From Candidatus Electronema aureum (GTDB lineage Bacteria; Desulfobacterota; Desulfobulbia; Desulfobulbales; Desulfobulbaceae), in the NCBI GenBank assembly GCA_004284765.1, contig NQJD01000055.1:1-10885 (forward strand): a DNA stretch of 10,885 nt, read 5' to 3'. This document shows, piece after piece, positions 1 through 7,585 of the stretch. The position numbers and the translations under genes are program-made. A model generated the notes under the pieces. That model ran no database searches and was not told the DNA's origin. It saw nothing but the letters and a program-made list of their open reading frames with translations. How positions within the stretch are numbered: the first letter of the stretch is position 1; each line of letters begins with the position of its first letter.

Positions 1-112
1 GCATTAGTCAGGAAGACATTGTCGTTTTCGAGAAGCATTGAAAACTTAACTGCATCTGTTTGGAGATTTATTAATCACTACAACGATTGTATTTTATTTC
101 ATTGATCACTCA

Positions 113-316
113 CAGATCTCTATTACCCAAAATACGGAACACTTTGAATTTGCGAAAAATATGTTCAATCACAATACGTTTCCGAGATAAAGCCCTGTTG
201 CTCGTTTTTTGTTCTTTGTCTAGCGGATGCAGTTTAGTTTTTTTGAACGTTATCTTTTTCAGTTGAACTGCATAACTGTTGATCAAAAACAGGAAAAATC
301 TTTCACTATAGCTGAC
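113..316 (-). pseudogene. Truncated C-terminal remnant of an IS4/IS5-type DDE transposase (68 open codons, no start codon, N-terminal part of the enzyme absent)
   Basis: Manual translation of the minus strand from 316 to 113 gives VSYSERFFLFLINSYAVQLKKITFKKTKLHPLDKEQKTSNRALSRKRIVIEHIFRKFKVFRILGNRDL, followed by a stop at 110-112. RIVIEHIFRKFK contains R-x3-E-x6-K, the C-terminal catalytic-E block of IS4/IS5-like DDE transposases, with S at the usual Y position. It is preceded by the typical lysine-rich linker and N-R-x-L-S. The frame is closed by a stop at 317-319, 10 nt from the lepB stop codon, so the upstream two DDE aspartates cannot be present. The region is AT-rich relative to the neighbouring genes. 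Confidence 0.5.
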
Positions 317-329
317 TTATGCAAAAGAT

Positions 330-992
330 TTACTGTACAAGATAACCAATCCTTCCCCAGCGAATAGAGGTGAAGCGGTCAGCTGAAAGCAAATTGTGTT
401 GCACATCCCATGACCAGTAGATAATAAACGCTTTGCCGCGCACTGCCTCTAGATCGACAAAGCCCCAGAATCGGCTATCATAGGAGTTATCTCGGTTGTC
501 ACCCATGACAAAGAGTTTTCCTTCTGGCACGGTCAATGGGCCAAAGTTATCACGCGGCCCATCTGAAGCAGACATGATAAGACTGTCTTTTTCAAACTGC
601 CCATGATCATTGGCAATGGCTGTTCCGTTAATGAAAATCTTTTTATCCCTACTCTCCACCGTATCACCGCCCACCGCGATCACCCGTTTGATGTAGTCCA
701 ACGAAGTATCTTGCGGATATTTGAAGACAACAATATCATTACGCTGAGGCTCTTTAACCGGAATCAGCACCTTGCCGGTGAAAGGCATTTTGATGCCGTA
801 GATGAACTTACTCACCAAGATGTGATCGCCGATCTGAAGGGTCTCCAGCATGGAGCCGGAGGGAATTTTAAACGCTTGGACAATGAAGGTACGGATGAAC
901 AGGGCAAGAACCACTGCGATGGCAATGGCCTCGGCGTATTCGCGAAGGACTGATTTTTTCTGATTCTGCTGCTGCATGGCACTGCCTCGCAT
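330..992 (-). CDS. lepB: Signal peptidase I (LepB), single N-terminal TM anchor type
   Basis: The 220-aa ORF has an N-terminal hydrophobic anchor (AIAIAVVLALFIRTFIV). It carries the catalytic Ser box SGSMLETL, the catalytic Lys box YIKRVIAVGGD and the box E motif GDNRDNSYDSRFWG. The start is ambiguous: the ATG at 992 has no Shine-Dalgarno sequence, whereas the ATG at 977 (MQQQNQ...) is preceded by GAGG with a 7-nt spacer and may be the real start. Confidence 0.93.
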   Translation of the reverse strand: MRGSAMQQQNQKKSVLREYAEAIAIAVVLALFIRTFIVQAFKIPSGSMLETLQIGDHILVSKFIYGIKMPFTGKVLIPVKEPQRNDIVVFKYPQDTSLDYIKRVIAVGGDTVESRDKKIFINGTAIANDHGQFEKDSLIMSASDGPRDNFGPLTVPEGKLFVMGDNRDNSYDSRFWGFVDLEAVRGKAFIIYWSWDVQHNLLSADRFTSIRWGRIGYLVQ

Positions 993-1323
993 GATGGAGA
1001 TGAAGGAAACTGATCCGCCTCAGAGCCGAAAGGCGGCATTCTGCCGCTGTCCGAGTAAGGTCAGACAGAAATATCCGAAAAAAACATAAAGTTCAAGCAA
1101 CATCTGTGGTAGCAACCTATTTTTTCTGCGTTGCCTTGAAACAATGGTGATGTGCAATGCTGGATTCGACCTAACCCTAACGGTTTGCGGAATTGTCGTT
1201 TGCTGGGGAAAATTCTGGCCCGGACGAAAAACAGTTTGTTTTATGCTGCGATACAGAGTATCTTTATCAAACTTTTATCCATAGTCCATCCCGTCCATCC
1301 TTGCCGCACAACCCGCGCATTGC

Positions 1324-1353
1324 AGCAATTCTCATTGCAGGATTGCTTTTTTT
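1324..1353 (+). terminator. Terminator-like or attenuator hairpin in the deaD leader (AU-rich 9-bp stem, 6-nt loop, U7 tract)
   Basis: AGCAATTCT (1324-1332) pairs with AGGATTGCT (1339-1347) with one G-U pair and a loop of cattgc. A T run at 1347-1353 follows, and the structure ends 38 nt upstream of the deaD ATG. The stem is weak and AT-rich, so function is uncertain. Confidence 0.3.
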
Positions 1354-1390
1354 CTATTAATTGCATTCAGTTGAAACAGGAACACCCTTT

Positions 1391-3145
1391 ATGAGTACAT
1401 TTGCAGAACTCGGCATCAGCAGCGAAATCATCACCGCGCTTTCCGATTTGGGCTTTACAGAGCCTACCCCGATTCAAGTGCAAGCCATTCCTCTTATTTT
1501 AAAAAATCATGCGGATATCGTCAGTCTGGCTCAGACCGGAACTGGCAAAACCGCAGCTTTCGGCCTGCCGCTGATCCAGTTGATTGACCCGAAAAACAGG
1601 CAGACTCAGGGTTTGGTACTTTGTCCGACCAGAGAGCTGTGTATGCAGGTTTCCAGAGATTTGGAATCCTTTGCCCGCCATATTCAGGGGATTAATATTG
1701 TTGCGATTTACGGTGGGGCCAGCATTGAGCAACAAATGCGGGAACTGCGCAGGGGAGCGCAAATCATCGTTGCCACGCCCGGACGGCTGCGCGACATGCT
1801 TCGGCGGAAAATGGCCGACATAGCTGCTGTTCGTTTCGTCGTTTTAGACGAGGCCGATGAGATGCTGAACATGGGGTTCCAAGAAGAACTGAACGGAATC
1901 CTGAGCGAAACCCCAGCGCAAAAAAACACCCTACTTTTCTCGGCCACCATGTCGCGAGAAGTGGCTGAAATCGCCAGCAAGTACATGAGCAATCCGGTTG
2001 AAATCACGGTTGGAGCGCGTAACGCAGGTTCGGAAAACATCAGCCATGAGTATTATCTGATTAATCCCAGAGACCGTTATCCGGCCCTGAAAAGAATTTT
2101 AGACAGCTGCCCGGATATTTACGCCATCATTTTCTGTCGTACTCGGATGGATACGCAGGAAATTGCGGATAAATTGATTCAGGACGGCTACAAAGCTGAT
2201 GCCCTGCACGGAGATCTGACCCAGTCTCAGCGTGATCTGGTGATGAAAAAATTTCACGCCCGGCGGCTTCAACTGCTGGTGGCTACTGATGTCGCTGCCC
2301 GTGGCTTAGACGTAAGCGATTTAACCCACGTGATTAACTACAGTCTGCCTGATGACACTGCTGGTTATACCCACCGCAGCGGACGCACCGGACGCGCGGG
2401 CAGAACAGGTATTTCTGTGGCGTTAGTTGATGCACGGGATATGTATAAAATTAAGCAGATTGAAGGCAAAATCAAACGACAGTTTCGGCAGTGTGCAATT
2501 CCCGGCGGCCAAGAAATCTGTCGCAAGCAGCTCGTTAGCCTGATTGAGCGCCTCAGCAGTGCGGTGGTAGATCAAGAGCAGATTGAGCCGCTTTATGCAG
2601 AAGTTGCTGGGCAGTTGGAGCATCTGGACAAAGATCAGTTAGTCAAAAAAATCATCTCGTTGGAATTTGGCAGATTCATGGATTATTACCGCAATGCGCC
2701 GGACATCAATCCTAAGCCCTCTGATCGAAGGCCGAGCAGTAGTAGTAGCCGTCCTCATCCCAGTGTTCGTAGCGGCAGCAGCAGGGGGGGAGAAGAGAGA
2801 AAGCCTTACCAGCAACGCAGCGAGGCTGTTGGCAAAGAATTCGCCCAGTTTCATCTGAACATCGGTCGCCGCAACGGTATTTTACCGGAAAACTTGATCA
2901 GCACCATCAACGAAGCTTCAGGTGGCGGGCGGATTAAAGTTGGCAAGATTGAAATCATGCGCAACACTGCCATGCTGGAAGGTGAAAGCCGCTTTATCCC
3001 GCAGATTTTGCAAGCTTTTCAGCAAGTCAAGGTGAACGGTAAGCCGGTGGATGTGAAGGTAGTACAAGAAAAACCGGCGTACCGGGGTGACAGAGCAACG
3101 GACAACAGCAAAAAGTTCAGACGCGAACGGGAGCAGCACAGATAA
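1391..3145 (+). CDS. deaD: ATP-dependent DEAD-box RNA helicase, DeaD/CsdA-like, with a C-terminal DbpA-type RNA-binding domain
   Basis: Helicase motifs present are the Q motif FTEPTPIQ, motif I AQTGTGKT, Ia PTRELC, II VLDEADEM, III SAT, V LVATDVAARGLD and VI HRSGRTGRAG. A Ser/Arg-rich linker precedes a C-terminal block (FHLNIGRRNGILPENLISTINEA...IEIMRNTAMLE) typical of the DbpA/DeaD RNA-binding domain. I chose the start at ATG 1391 (MSTFAELG...) rather than the TTG at 1361, because DEAD-box proteins normally begin just upstream of the F..LG Q-motif region. Confidence 0.93.
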   Translation: MSTFAELGISSEIITALSDLGFTEPTPIQVQAIPLILKNHADIVSLAQTGTGKTAAFGLPLIQLIDPKNRQTQGLVLCPTRELCMQVSRDLESFARHIQGINIVAIYGGASIEQQMRELRRGAQIIVATPGRLRDMLRRKMADIAAVRFVVLDEADEMLNMGFQEELNGILSETPAQKNTLLFSATMSREVAEIASKYMSNPVEITVGARNAGSENISHEYYLINPRDRYPALKRILDSCPDIYAIIFCRTRMDTQEIADKLIQDGYKADALHGDLTQSQRDLVMKKFHARRLQLLVATDVAARGLDVSDLTHVINYSLPDDTAGYTHRSGRTGRAGRTGISVALVDARDMYKIKQIEGKIKRQFRQCAIPGGQEICRKQLVSLIERLSSAVVDQEQIEPLYAEVAGQLEHLDKDQLVKKIISLEFGRFMDYYRNAPDINPKPSDRRPSSSSSRPHPSVRSGSSRGGEERKPYQQRSEAVGKEFAQFHLNIGRRNGILPENLISTINEASGGGRIKVGKIEIMRNTAMLEGESRFIPQILQAFQQVKVNGKPVDVKVVQEKPAYRGDRATDNSKKFRREREQHR

Positions 3146-3178
3146 GAGCTGCTTGCTTACCCAACAGCGTGTTGCAGG

Positions 3179-3214
3179 GGCGTTGCGGCAGAAGCCGAAC
3201 GCCTTTTTTATTTT
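3179..3214 (+). terminator. Rho-independent terminator of deaD
   Basis: GGCGTTGCGGC (3179-3189) and GCCGAACGCC (3194-3203) form a GC-rich stem with one bulged G and the loop AGAA. The stem is followed by TTTTTTATTTT. It begins 34 nt after the deaD stop codon. Confidence 0.75.
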
Positions 3215-3256
3215 GGGTAGAAGTTCGGTATCTACTTGGCTGTTTGTTCTCTCAAA

Positions 3257-6200
3257 ATGCACCCACTTAATCCCCTTACTCTCAGGCTGCGCGGCCAAAT
3301 TCTGATTGAAGCTAGCGCGGGCACCGGCAAGACCTACACTATTGCCCTCCTCTTTCTCCGACTGCTGCTGGAACAGGGCTTGAGCGTGGATGAAATCCTC
3401 GTTGTCACCTTCACCGAAGCAGCGGCTGAGGAGCTGCGAGGCCGCATCCGCCAGCGCATCCGCGACGCACTCGATGTCTTAGAAGGCTGGGGGCCAGATG
3501 ACCCGTTGCTGCGCGAGCTGCTGCAAGAGGCTGACCACCCGGCAGCTATCTTGCTTGGTGATGCACTGACCCGCATGGATGAGGCAGCAATTTACACCAT
3601 TCACAGCTTCTGTCATCGGATGCTGCAAGACCACGCCTTTGAATCGGGTGCGCCCTTTGAGATGGAGCTTGTGGAAAGCGAAGCTGTCTTGCGGAAGCGA
3701 ATCATTGAAGATTTCTGGCGGCAACGGTTTTATTCTGCCTCCTATGAGGAAAGTGCTTGGGCTGCTTCGCTCTGGACATCACCGGCTGATCTCCTCAACA
3801 AGCTAGGTGGGCATCTCAGTCGGGCAGATGTTGTCTGCATTCCCTTTGTGGATGCAGAGGAGATTCCCCGGCACGAGGCAAAGCTGAAGCCGCTGTTTGC
3901 CGAGGTACAGCAGCAGTGGCAACCGCATCGTGAATCTATTGCTGAACTGCTGCGGGATAATAAACGGTTGCGGCGGAGTAAGAGCGAGAAGCGGCAATAC
4001 GACAGCGAGCGATTGGAAGCAGCCTTGGCGTTGCTCGACCGGCTGACTGTCAGTGCCGAGCTGCCGTATCTTGCTGAAAAAGAATTAGAGCTGCTGGCCT
4101 TGTTTACCCGCAGCAACCTGCTTGCTTCGCTCAAGGCCGCGACAAAAAACAACGGCGAGCCGCCTGAGCATCCGTTCTTCGATCTGTTCGAGCAGCTTTT
4201 TCAAATCCAGAGCAGCTTGATGACTTCCCGGCAAATCGGGGTGCTGCTGGAAGCGAGAACGTATCTGCGCAGCGAGCTGGCCCGGCGCAAACAGGAGCAA
4301 AGCCAGCTCTCGTTCGATGACTTGCTCACTGCGCTTGCTGCTGGCTTGCAAGGGCCAGAAGGCGGCGTGCTGGCCCGCAGCATCAGCAGGCGTTTTCCAA
4401 TCATTATGGTCGATGAGTTCCAGGACACTGACCAAGTGCAGTACCGCATCTTCAAGGCGATTCACGCTGCCAACATGGAGGCGGCGACCCGCACCAGCAG
4501 CCGAGCGGCTGGCCTGTTTCTGATCGGTGATCCCAAGCAGGCTATTTATAGCTTCCGGGGCGCGGATATCTTCACCTATATCCAAGCCCGCCACGATACA
4601 CCAGCACAGAATCGGCTGACTATGACCACCAATTACCGCTCCAGTGCAGCGATGGTCAAGGCAGTGAACCGTCTTTTTGCGCACGAGGCACCGTTTCTCT
4701 TTGCCAAAGACGAGATTGATTTCCCCCAGGTTGAGGCAGCTACGAAGGCAGACACCAGTCCCCTTTTGTTTGACAACAACCTAAGTTCAGCACTGACGTG
4801 CTTGCTCTTGCCAGAGTCTGACAAACCACTGGCAAAAATGGCCGCTGAACCATTAGCAGCTCGCTGTTGTGCCCAAGAAATCGCCGCCCTGTTAGCTGCT
4901 GGCTTGGCAGGTCAAGCCAAGATTGGGGCGCGCAATCTCGCTGCTGGCGATCTTGCGGTATTAGTGCGTACCAACGATCAGGCCGAGCTTATTCGCCAAG
5001 AATTAAACGCGCTTGGCCTTGCTAGCGTCTGCGGTAACAAGGATTCGGTCTTTGCTGCTAAAGAAGCGCAGCAGCTCTTGCGGCTGCTGACCAGCCTCAG
5101 TGATCTTGCTGATCTTGCTCTGATGCGCACTGCTCTGGCAGGCGATCTCTTTGGCTGGACAGCAGAGCAGATCGACCAGTTACGCGAGGACGAGCAGGCG
5201 CGCGAGAAGATCATGGCTGACATGAATCGCTATCATCAGCTTTGGCAACACCAAGGTTTTTTGCCCATGCTTCAGCAGCTTCTTAGCGAGCAAAAGACCG
5301 TTGGTAGGCTGCACGCTGTACCTTCTGGCGAGCGGATGCTGACTAACTTCCTTCATTTAGCTGAACTCCTTCAAGAGGCTGCACGACAGCGGCCTGGTAC
5401 TGATGCCTTGCTGCGCTGGTTCAGCGACCAGATGCAGCAGCCGGAAAATCAGTCTGAGAACCAGCAGCTCCGCCTGGAAAGCGATGAAAACTTGGTGAAG
5501 ATCGTCACGATCCATAAGGCCAAGGGCATGGAGTATCCGCTCGTTTTCCTGCCCTTTCTCTGGACAGCGCGTCCTTGTTCCAACGAGCAGCCGCTGGCCT
5601 TTCATCGGTCCAATCAGCTTTACCTTGATCTTGGTTCTGGTAATGAGGAACACTTCCGGCTCGCAGAGCGCGAGCGGTTAGCTGAAGACTTGCGCCTACT
5701 TTACGTGGCCGTGACGAGAGCGATTTATGCCTGCTTCTTCTGCTGGGGTAAAATTAGTAAGATGGAGGAAAGCGCACTCTATTACCTGCTGCACAAGGAG
5801 GCAACGGGTGCTGGCTTAGAGCGGCTTGGGGATGTGTTGACAATTAAGCCTTGGTCGGCAGAATTCGTTCCGCCAGAGCTGCGGCCTGTGGATGATCAAG
5901 CCGCTCACCTTAGTGCTGCGAAATTTCGAGGCGAGATCACCACCAACTGGCAAATTGTCAGCTACTCCAGCCTAACTGCTGCCCACAAAGACAGTAGCCC
6001 AGAGCAGCCTGATCATGACGAAGTGCAAGCGGAAGAAACACAGACAGCACCTGGCCAAGATGTTTTCAGCTTTCCCAAAGGTGCAGCAGCAGGCACCTGT
6101 CTTCATGCTATTCTGGAGCAAATAACCTTCAATGATGCCAGTGGTCACCAGGAAGTAATCCGTGTCCAGCTAGAGCGGGCTGGATTTGCTGCATCGTGGC

Positions 6201-6808
6201 TGCCAGTAGTAAGCGACTGGATGCAAGACGTGTTGCACACGCCGTTGCCAGACAAAAGCGAGGCGTTTTCTCTTTCTTCGCTGAATGAGAAAGAGCGGGT
6301 CAACGAAATGGCGTTTTACTTTCCTTTAGCAACAGTACGGCTGGAGCAGTTCAATCAAGTGCTGCGTGATTTCGGTCATGCACCGCTGCCAGAACAGAGC
6401 GGAGTGCTGCACGGCCTGATGACTGGTTTCATCGACCTCATTTTTAGCTGGCAGGGCAGATATTACCTTGCTGATTACAAATCAAATCATCTCGGCAGCC
6501 AGTCTGAGGATTATAGACCGGATAAACTGGCCGCCGCTATGAGCGAACACCGCTACGATCTGCAATATCTCATCTATACGGTGGTGCTTCACCGCTTTTT
6601 GGTTGGGCGCATTCGGGGCTACTGCTATGAGCAGCATTTCGGCGGGGTGCGTTACTTGTTCTTACGCGGCATGAAGCCGGAGCATGAAGTCGGCTGCGGG
6701 GTGTTTACGGCCTGTCCACCGCTCGCATTGGTTGAGAGCTTAGACAGATGCTTTGGAGGTAGAACCAAGGCAGATGGTGAAACCTGCCTTGGCGGAGTTG
6801 CTGCTTAA
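3257..6808 (+). CDS. recB: Exodeoxyribonuclease V beta subunit (RecB): SF1 UvrD-type helicase plus C-terminal PD-(D/E)XK nuclease
   Basis: The protein is close to collinear with E. coli RecB as I recall it. Matching blocks are LIEASAGTGKTYTIA, VVTFTEAAAEELRGRIR, MVDEFQDTD, LIGDPKQAIYSFRGADIFTY, TIHKAKGMEYPLVF and LYVAVTRA. The nuclease core is GFIDLIFSWQGRYYLADYKSNHLG...HRYDLQYLIYT...HFGGVRYLFLRG. I placed the start at ATG 3257 (MHPLNPLTLRLRGQILIEAS), which aligns with the E. coli N-terminus; the ORF track begins at TTG 3236. Confidence 0.93.
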   Translation: MHPLNPLTLRLRGQILIEASAGTGKTYTIALLFLRLLLEQGLSVDEILVVTFTEAAAEELRGRIRQRIRDALDVLEGWGPDDPLLRELLQEADHPAAILLGDALTRMDEAAIYTIHSFCHRMLQDHAFESGAPFEMELVESEAVLRKRIIEDFWRQRFYSASYEESAWAASLWTSPADLLNKLGGHLSRADVVCIPFVDAEEIPRHEAKLKPLFAEVQQQWQPHRESIAELLRDNKRLRRSKSEKRQYDSERLEAALALLDRLTVSAELPYLAEKELELLALFTRSNLLASLKAATKNNGEPPEHPFFDLFEQLFQIQSSLMTSRQIGVLLEARTYLRSELARRKQEQSQLSFDDLLTALAAGLQGPEGGVLARSISRRFPIIMVDEFQDTDQVQYRIFKAIHAANMEAATRTSSRAAGLFLIGDPKQAIYSFRGADIFTYIQARHDTPAQNRLTMTTNYRSSAAMVKAVNRLFAHEAPFLFAKDEIDFPQVEAATKADTSPLLFDNNLSSALTCLLLPESDKPLAKMAAEPLAARCCAQEIAALLAAGLAGQAKIGARNLAAGDLAVLVRTNDQAELIRQELNALGLASVCGNKDSVFAAKEAQQLLRLLTSLSDLADLALMRTALAGDLFGWTAEQIDQLREDEQAREKIMADMNRYHQLWQHQGFLPMLQQLLSEQKTVGRLHAVPSGERMLTNFLHLAELLQEAARQRPGTDALLRWFSDQMQQPENQSENQQLRLESDENLVKIVTIHKAKGMEYPLVFLPFLWTARPCSNEQPLAFHRSNQLYLDLGSGNEEHFRLAERERLAEDLRLLYVAVTRAIYACFFCWGKISKMEESALYYLLHKEATGAGLERLGDVLTIKPWSAEFVPPELRPVDDQAAHLSAAKFRGEITTNWQIVSYSSLTAAHKDSSPEQPDHDEVQAEETQTAPGQDVFSFPKGAAAGTCLHAILEQITFNDASGHQEVIRVQLERAGFAASWLPVVSDWMQDVLHTPLPDKSEAFSLSSLNEKERVNEMAFYFPLATVRLEQFNQVLRDFGHAPLPEQSGVLHGLMTGFIDLIFSWQGRYYLADYKSNHLGSQSEDYRPDKLAAAMSEHRYDLQYLIYTVVLHRFLVGRIRGYCYEQHFGGVRYLFLRGMKPEHEVGCGVFTACPPLALVESLDRCFGGRTKADGETCLGGVAA

Positions 6809-6821
6809 TGGCTCATCTCAA

Positions 6822-7304
6822 TCACCAAGTGCCGGTGACGGTATTGGTTTGAGCTGTGGCCGCTACAGTGGGGGGCGTGGTTGGAAACGGCGACATTGCG
6901 GCGGCGGCAAGTGGGAACGGCACATTGGCTACATATTTAAGCGTAATTCTGGCGAAAATTTCATCCGGCTTGGGAAAACCAAGCGCGGTAAATCCTGGGT
7001 CTTCATTCAAAGCATTTTTGGCTACAATCAACACCCGTTCTCGCTCGAAGTAAAAGCGAGGCGGCACCACGATAGGATGATTTGAAATATATTGAGGCGT
7101 GAACGCGGCCACAACAATATCTGTACCAGAGGGAGCGGCTGGATTGAAGGGAGCATCATCGCCGATGAGATGAATTTCTTCATAATAAACTGTTCCTGCC
7201 CAATACTCAGGCGGAAACTGGGCTACCAGATATTTAACTCGCGCCCGGACAGTGAATGGCGAAACATCTTCAATCGTGAGGCTTGCATTGTGAATGACAC
7301 TCAT
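6822..7304 (-). CDS. Hypothetical protein, 160 aa, with no family recognised
   Basis: The ATG at 7304 is preceded by a strong Shine-Dalgarno sequence (AAAAAAGGAGATTCGGTTATG on the minus strand). The track ORF extends to 7349, but that start lacks an SD. The protein has no cysteines, no signal peptide and no TM segment. The body looks beta-rich, and the tail is Pro/Thr/Ala-rich (AAAAMSPFPTTPPTVAATAQTNTVTGTW). GC content resembles the neighbouring genes. Coding status rests on ORF length and the SD only. Confidence 0.65.
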   Translation of the reverse strand: MSVIHNASLTIEDVSPFTVRARVKYLVAQFPPEYWAGTVYYEEIHLIGDDAPFNPAAPSGTDIVVAAFTPQYISNHPIVVPPRFYFERERVLIVAKNALNEDPGFTALGFPKPDEIFARITLKYVANVPFPLAAAAMSPFPTTPPTVAATAQTNTVTGTW

Positions 7305-7487
7305 AACCGAATCTCCTTTTTTAGATGCTACGGTTGATGAAAAGGGCATTGCCCGACTGCGGCCAAGTGAAAAAACTCACTTAGAGTTGAGCTTATTTGC
7401 TGAAAGTGAAGAAGTCAAATCTTTTTTAGGTAAAAATATTTTATTCATAGCTCATATCGAGAAGGAATCTCATTCTCATTTTCTTCC

Positions 7488-7516
7488 TTGACTTCGCCTA
7501 CGTCATCAGAGAAAAT
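7488..7516 (+). promoter_or_regulatory. Candidate sigma70-type promoter for ompW
   Basis: TTGACT (7488-7493), a 17-nt spacer, then GAAAAT (7511-7516), about 70 nt upstream of the ompW ATG. This is a pattern match only. Confidence 0.3.
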
Positions 7517-7585
7517 TGAAGAAAGAGTAAGAATCAACAGGCTAAAAATAAAGATCAAAGCGCGGTACGCGTGGAGGGGAATATT

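Noticed and set aside
1015-1037. An inverted repeat, CCGCC-n12-GGCGG, just upstream of lepB on the minus strand, considered as a terminator of an upstream minus-strand gene.
   Set aside because: There is no U tract on either strand and no supported gene upstream on the minus strand. It is probably just 5' UTR structure of lepB, if it is anything.
1152-1394. An 80-aa plus-strand ORF in the lepB-deaD spacer that overlaps the deaD start.
   Set aside because: It has no SD, its sequence looks implausible and low-complexity, and it runs through repeat and hairpin elements. The region is better explained as a non-coding leader.
2719-2800. A Ser/Arg/Gly low-complexity stretch (RRPSSSSSRPHPSVRSGSSRGGEERK) encoded inside deaD, including agtagtagtagc.
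   Set aside because: Disordered basic linkers between the helicase core and the C-terminal RNA-binding domain are normal in DeaD-type helicases. This is not a repeat element.
4085-4684. A 199-aa antisense ORF inside recB, along with other antisense or off-frame ORFs at 603-953, 812-1039, 1708-2040, 2918-3298, 3742-4152, 5357-5653, 6753-7085 and 9827-10186.
   Set aside because: All are nested in or overlap strongly supported genes on the other strand or in another frame. They are rich in Arg/Ser/Ala, as is typical of shadow frames, and lack motifs.
5102-5119. A tandem 9-nt repeat, gatcttgct x2, inside recB.
   Set aside because: It simply encodes DLADLA within an intact reading frame and is too short to be a meaningful repeat element.
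1361-6808. A DEAD-box helicase adjacent to a helicase-nuclease, considered as a possible two-gene defence or novel nucleic-acid-targeting system.
   Set aside because: Both proteins carry complete canonical housekeeping signatures: DeaD/CsdA with a DbpA-type C-terminal domain, and RecB nearly collinear with E. coli RecB. They are also separated by a strong intrinsic terminator (3179-3214), so they are not an operon.
7294-7491. A 65-aa plus-strand ORF in the divergent region between the 160-aa gene and ompW.
   Set aside because: It has no SD at suitable spacing, overlaps the start and SD of the minus-strand gene, and lies in an AT-rich promoter region.
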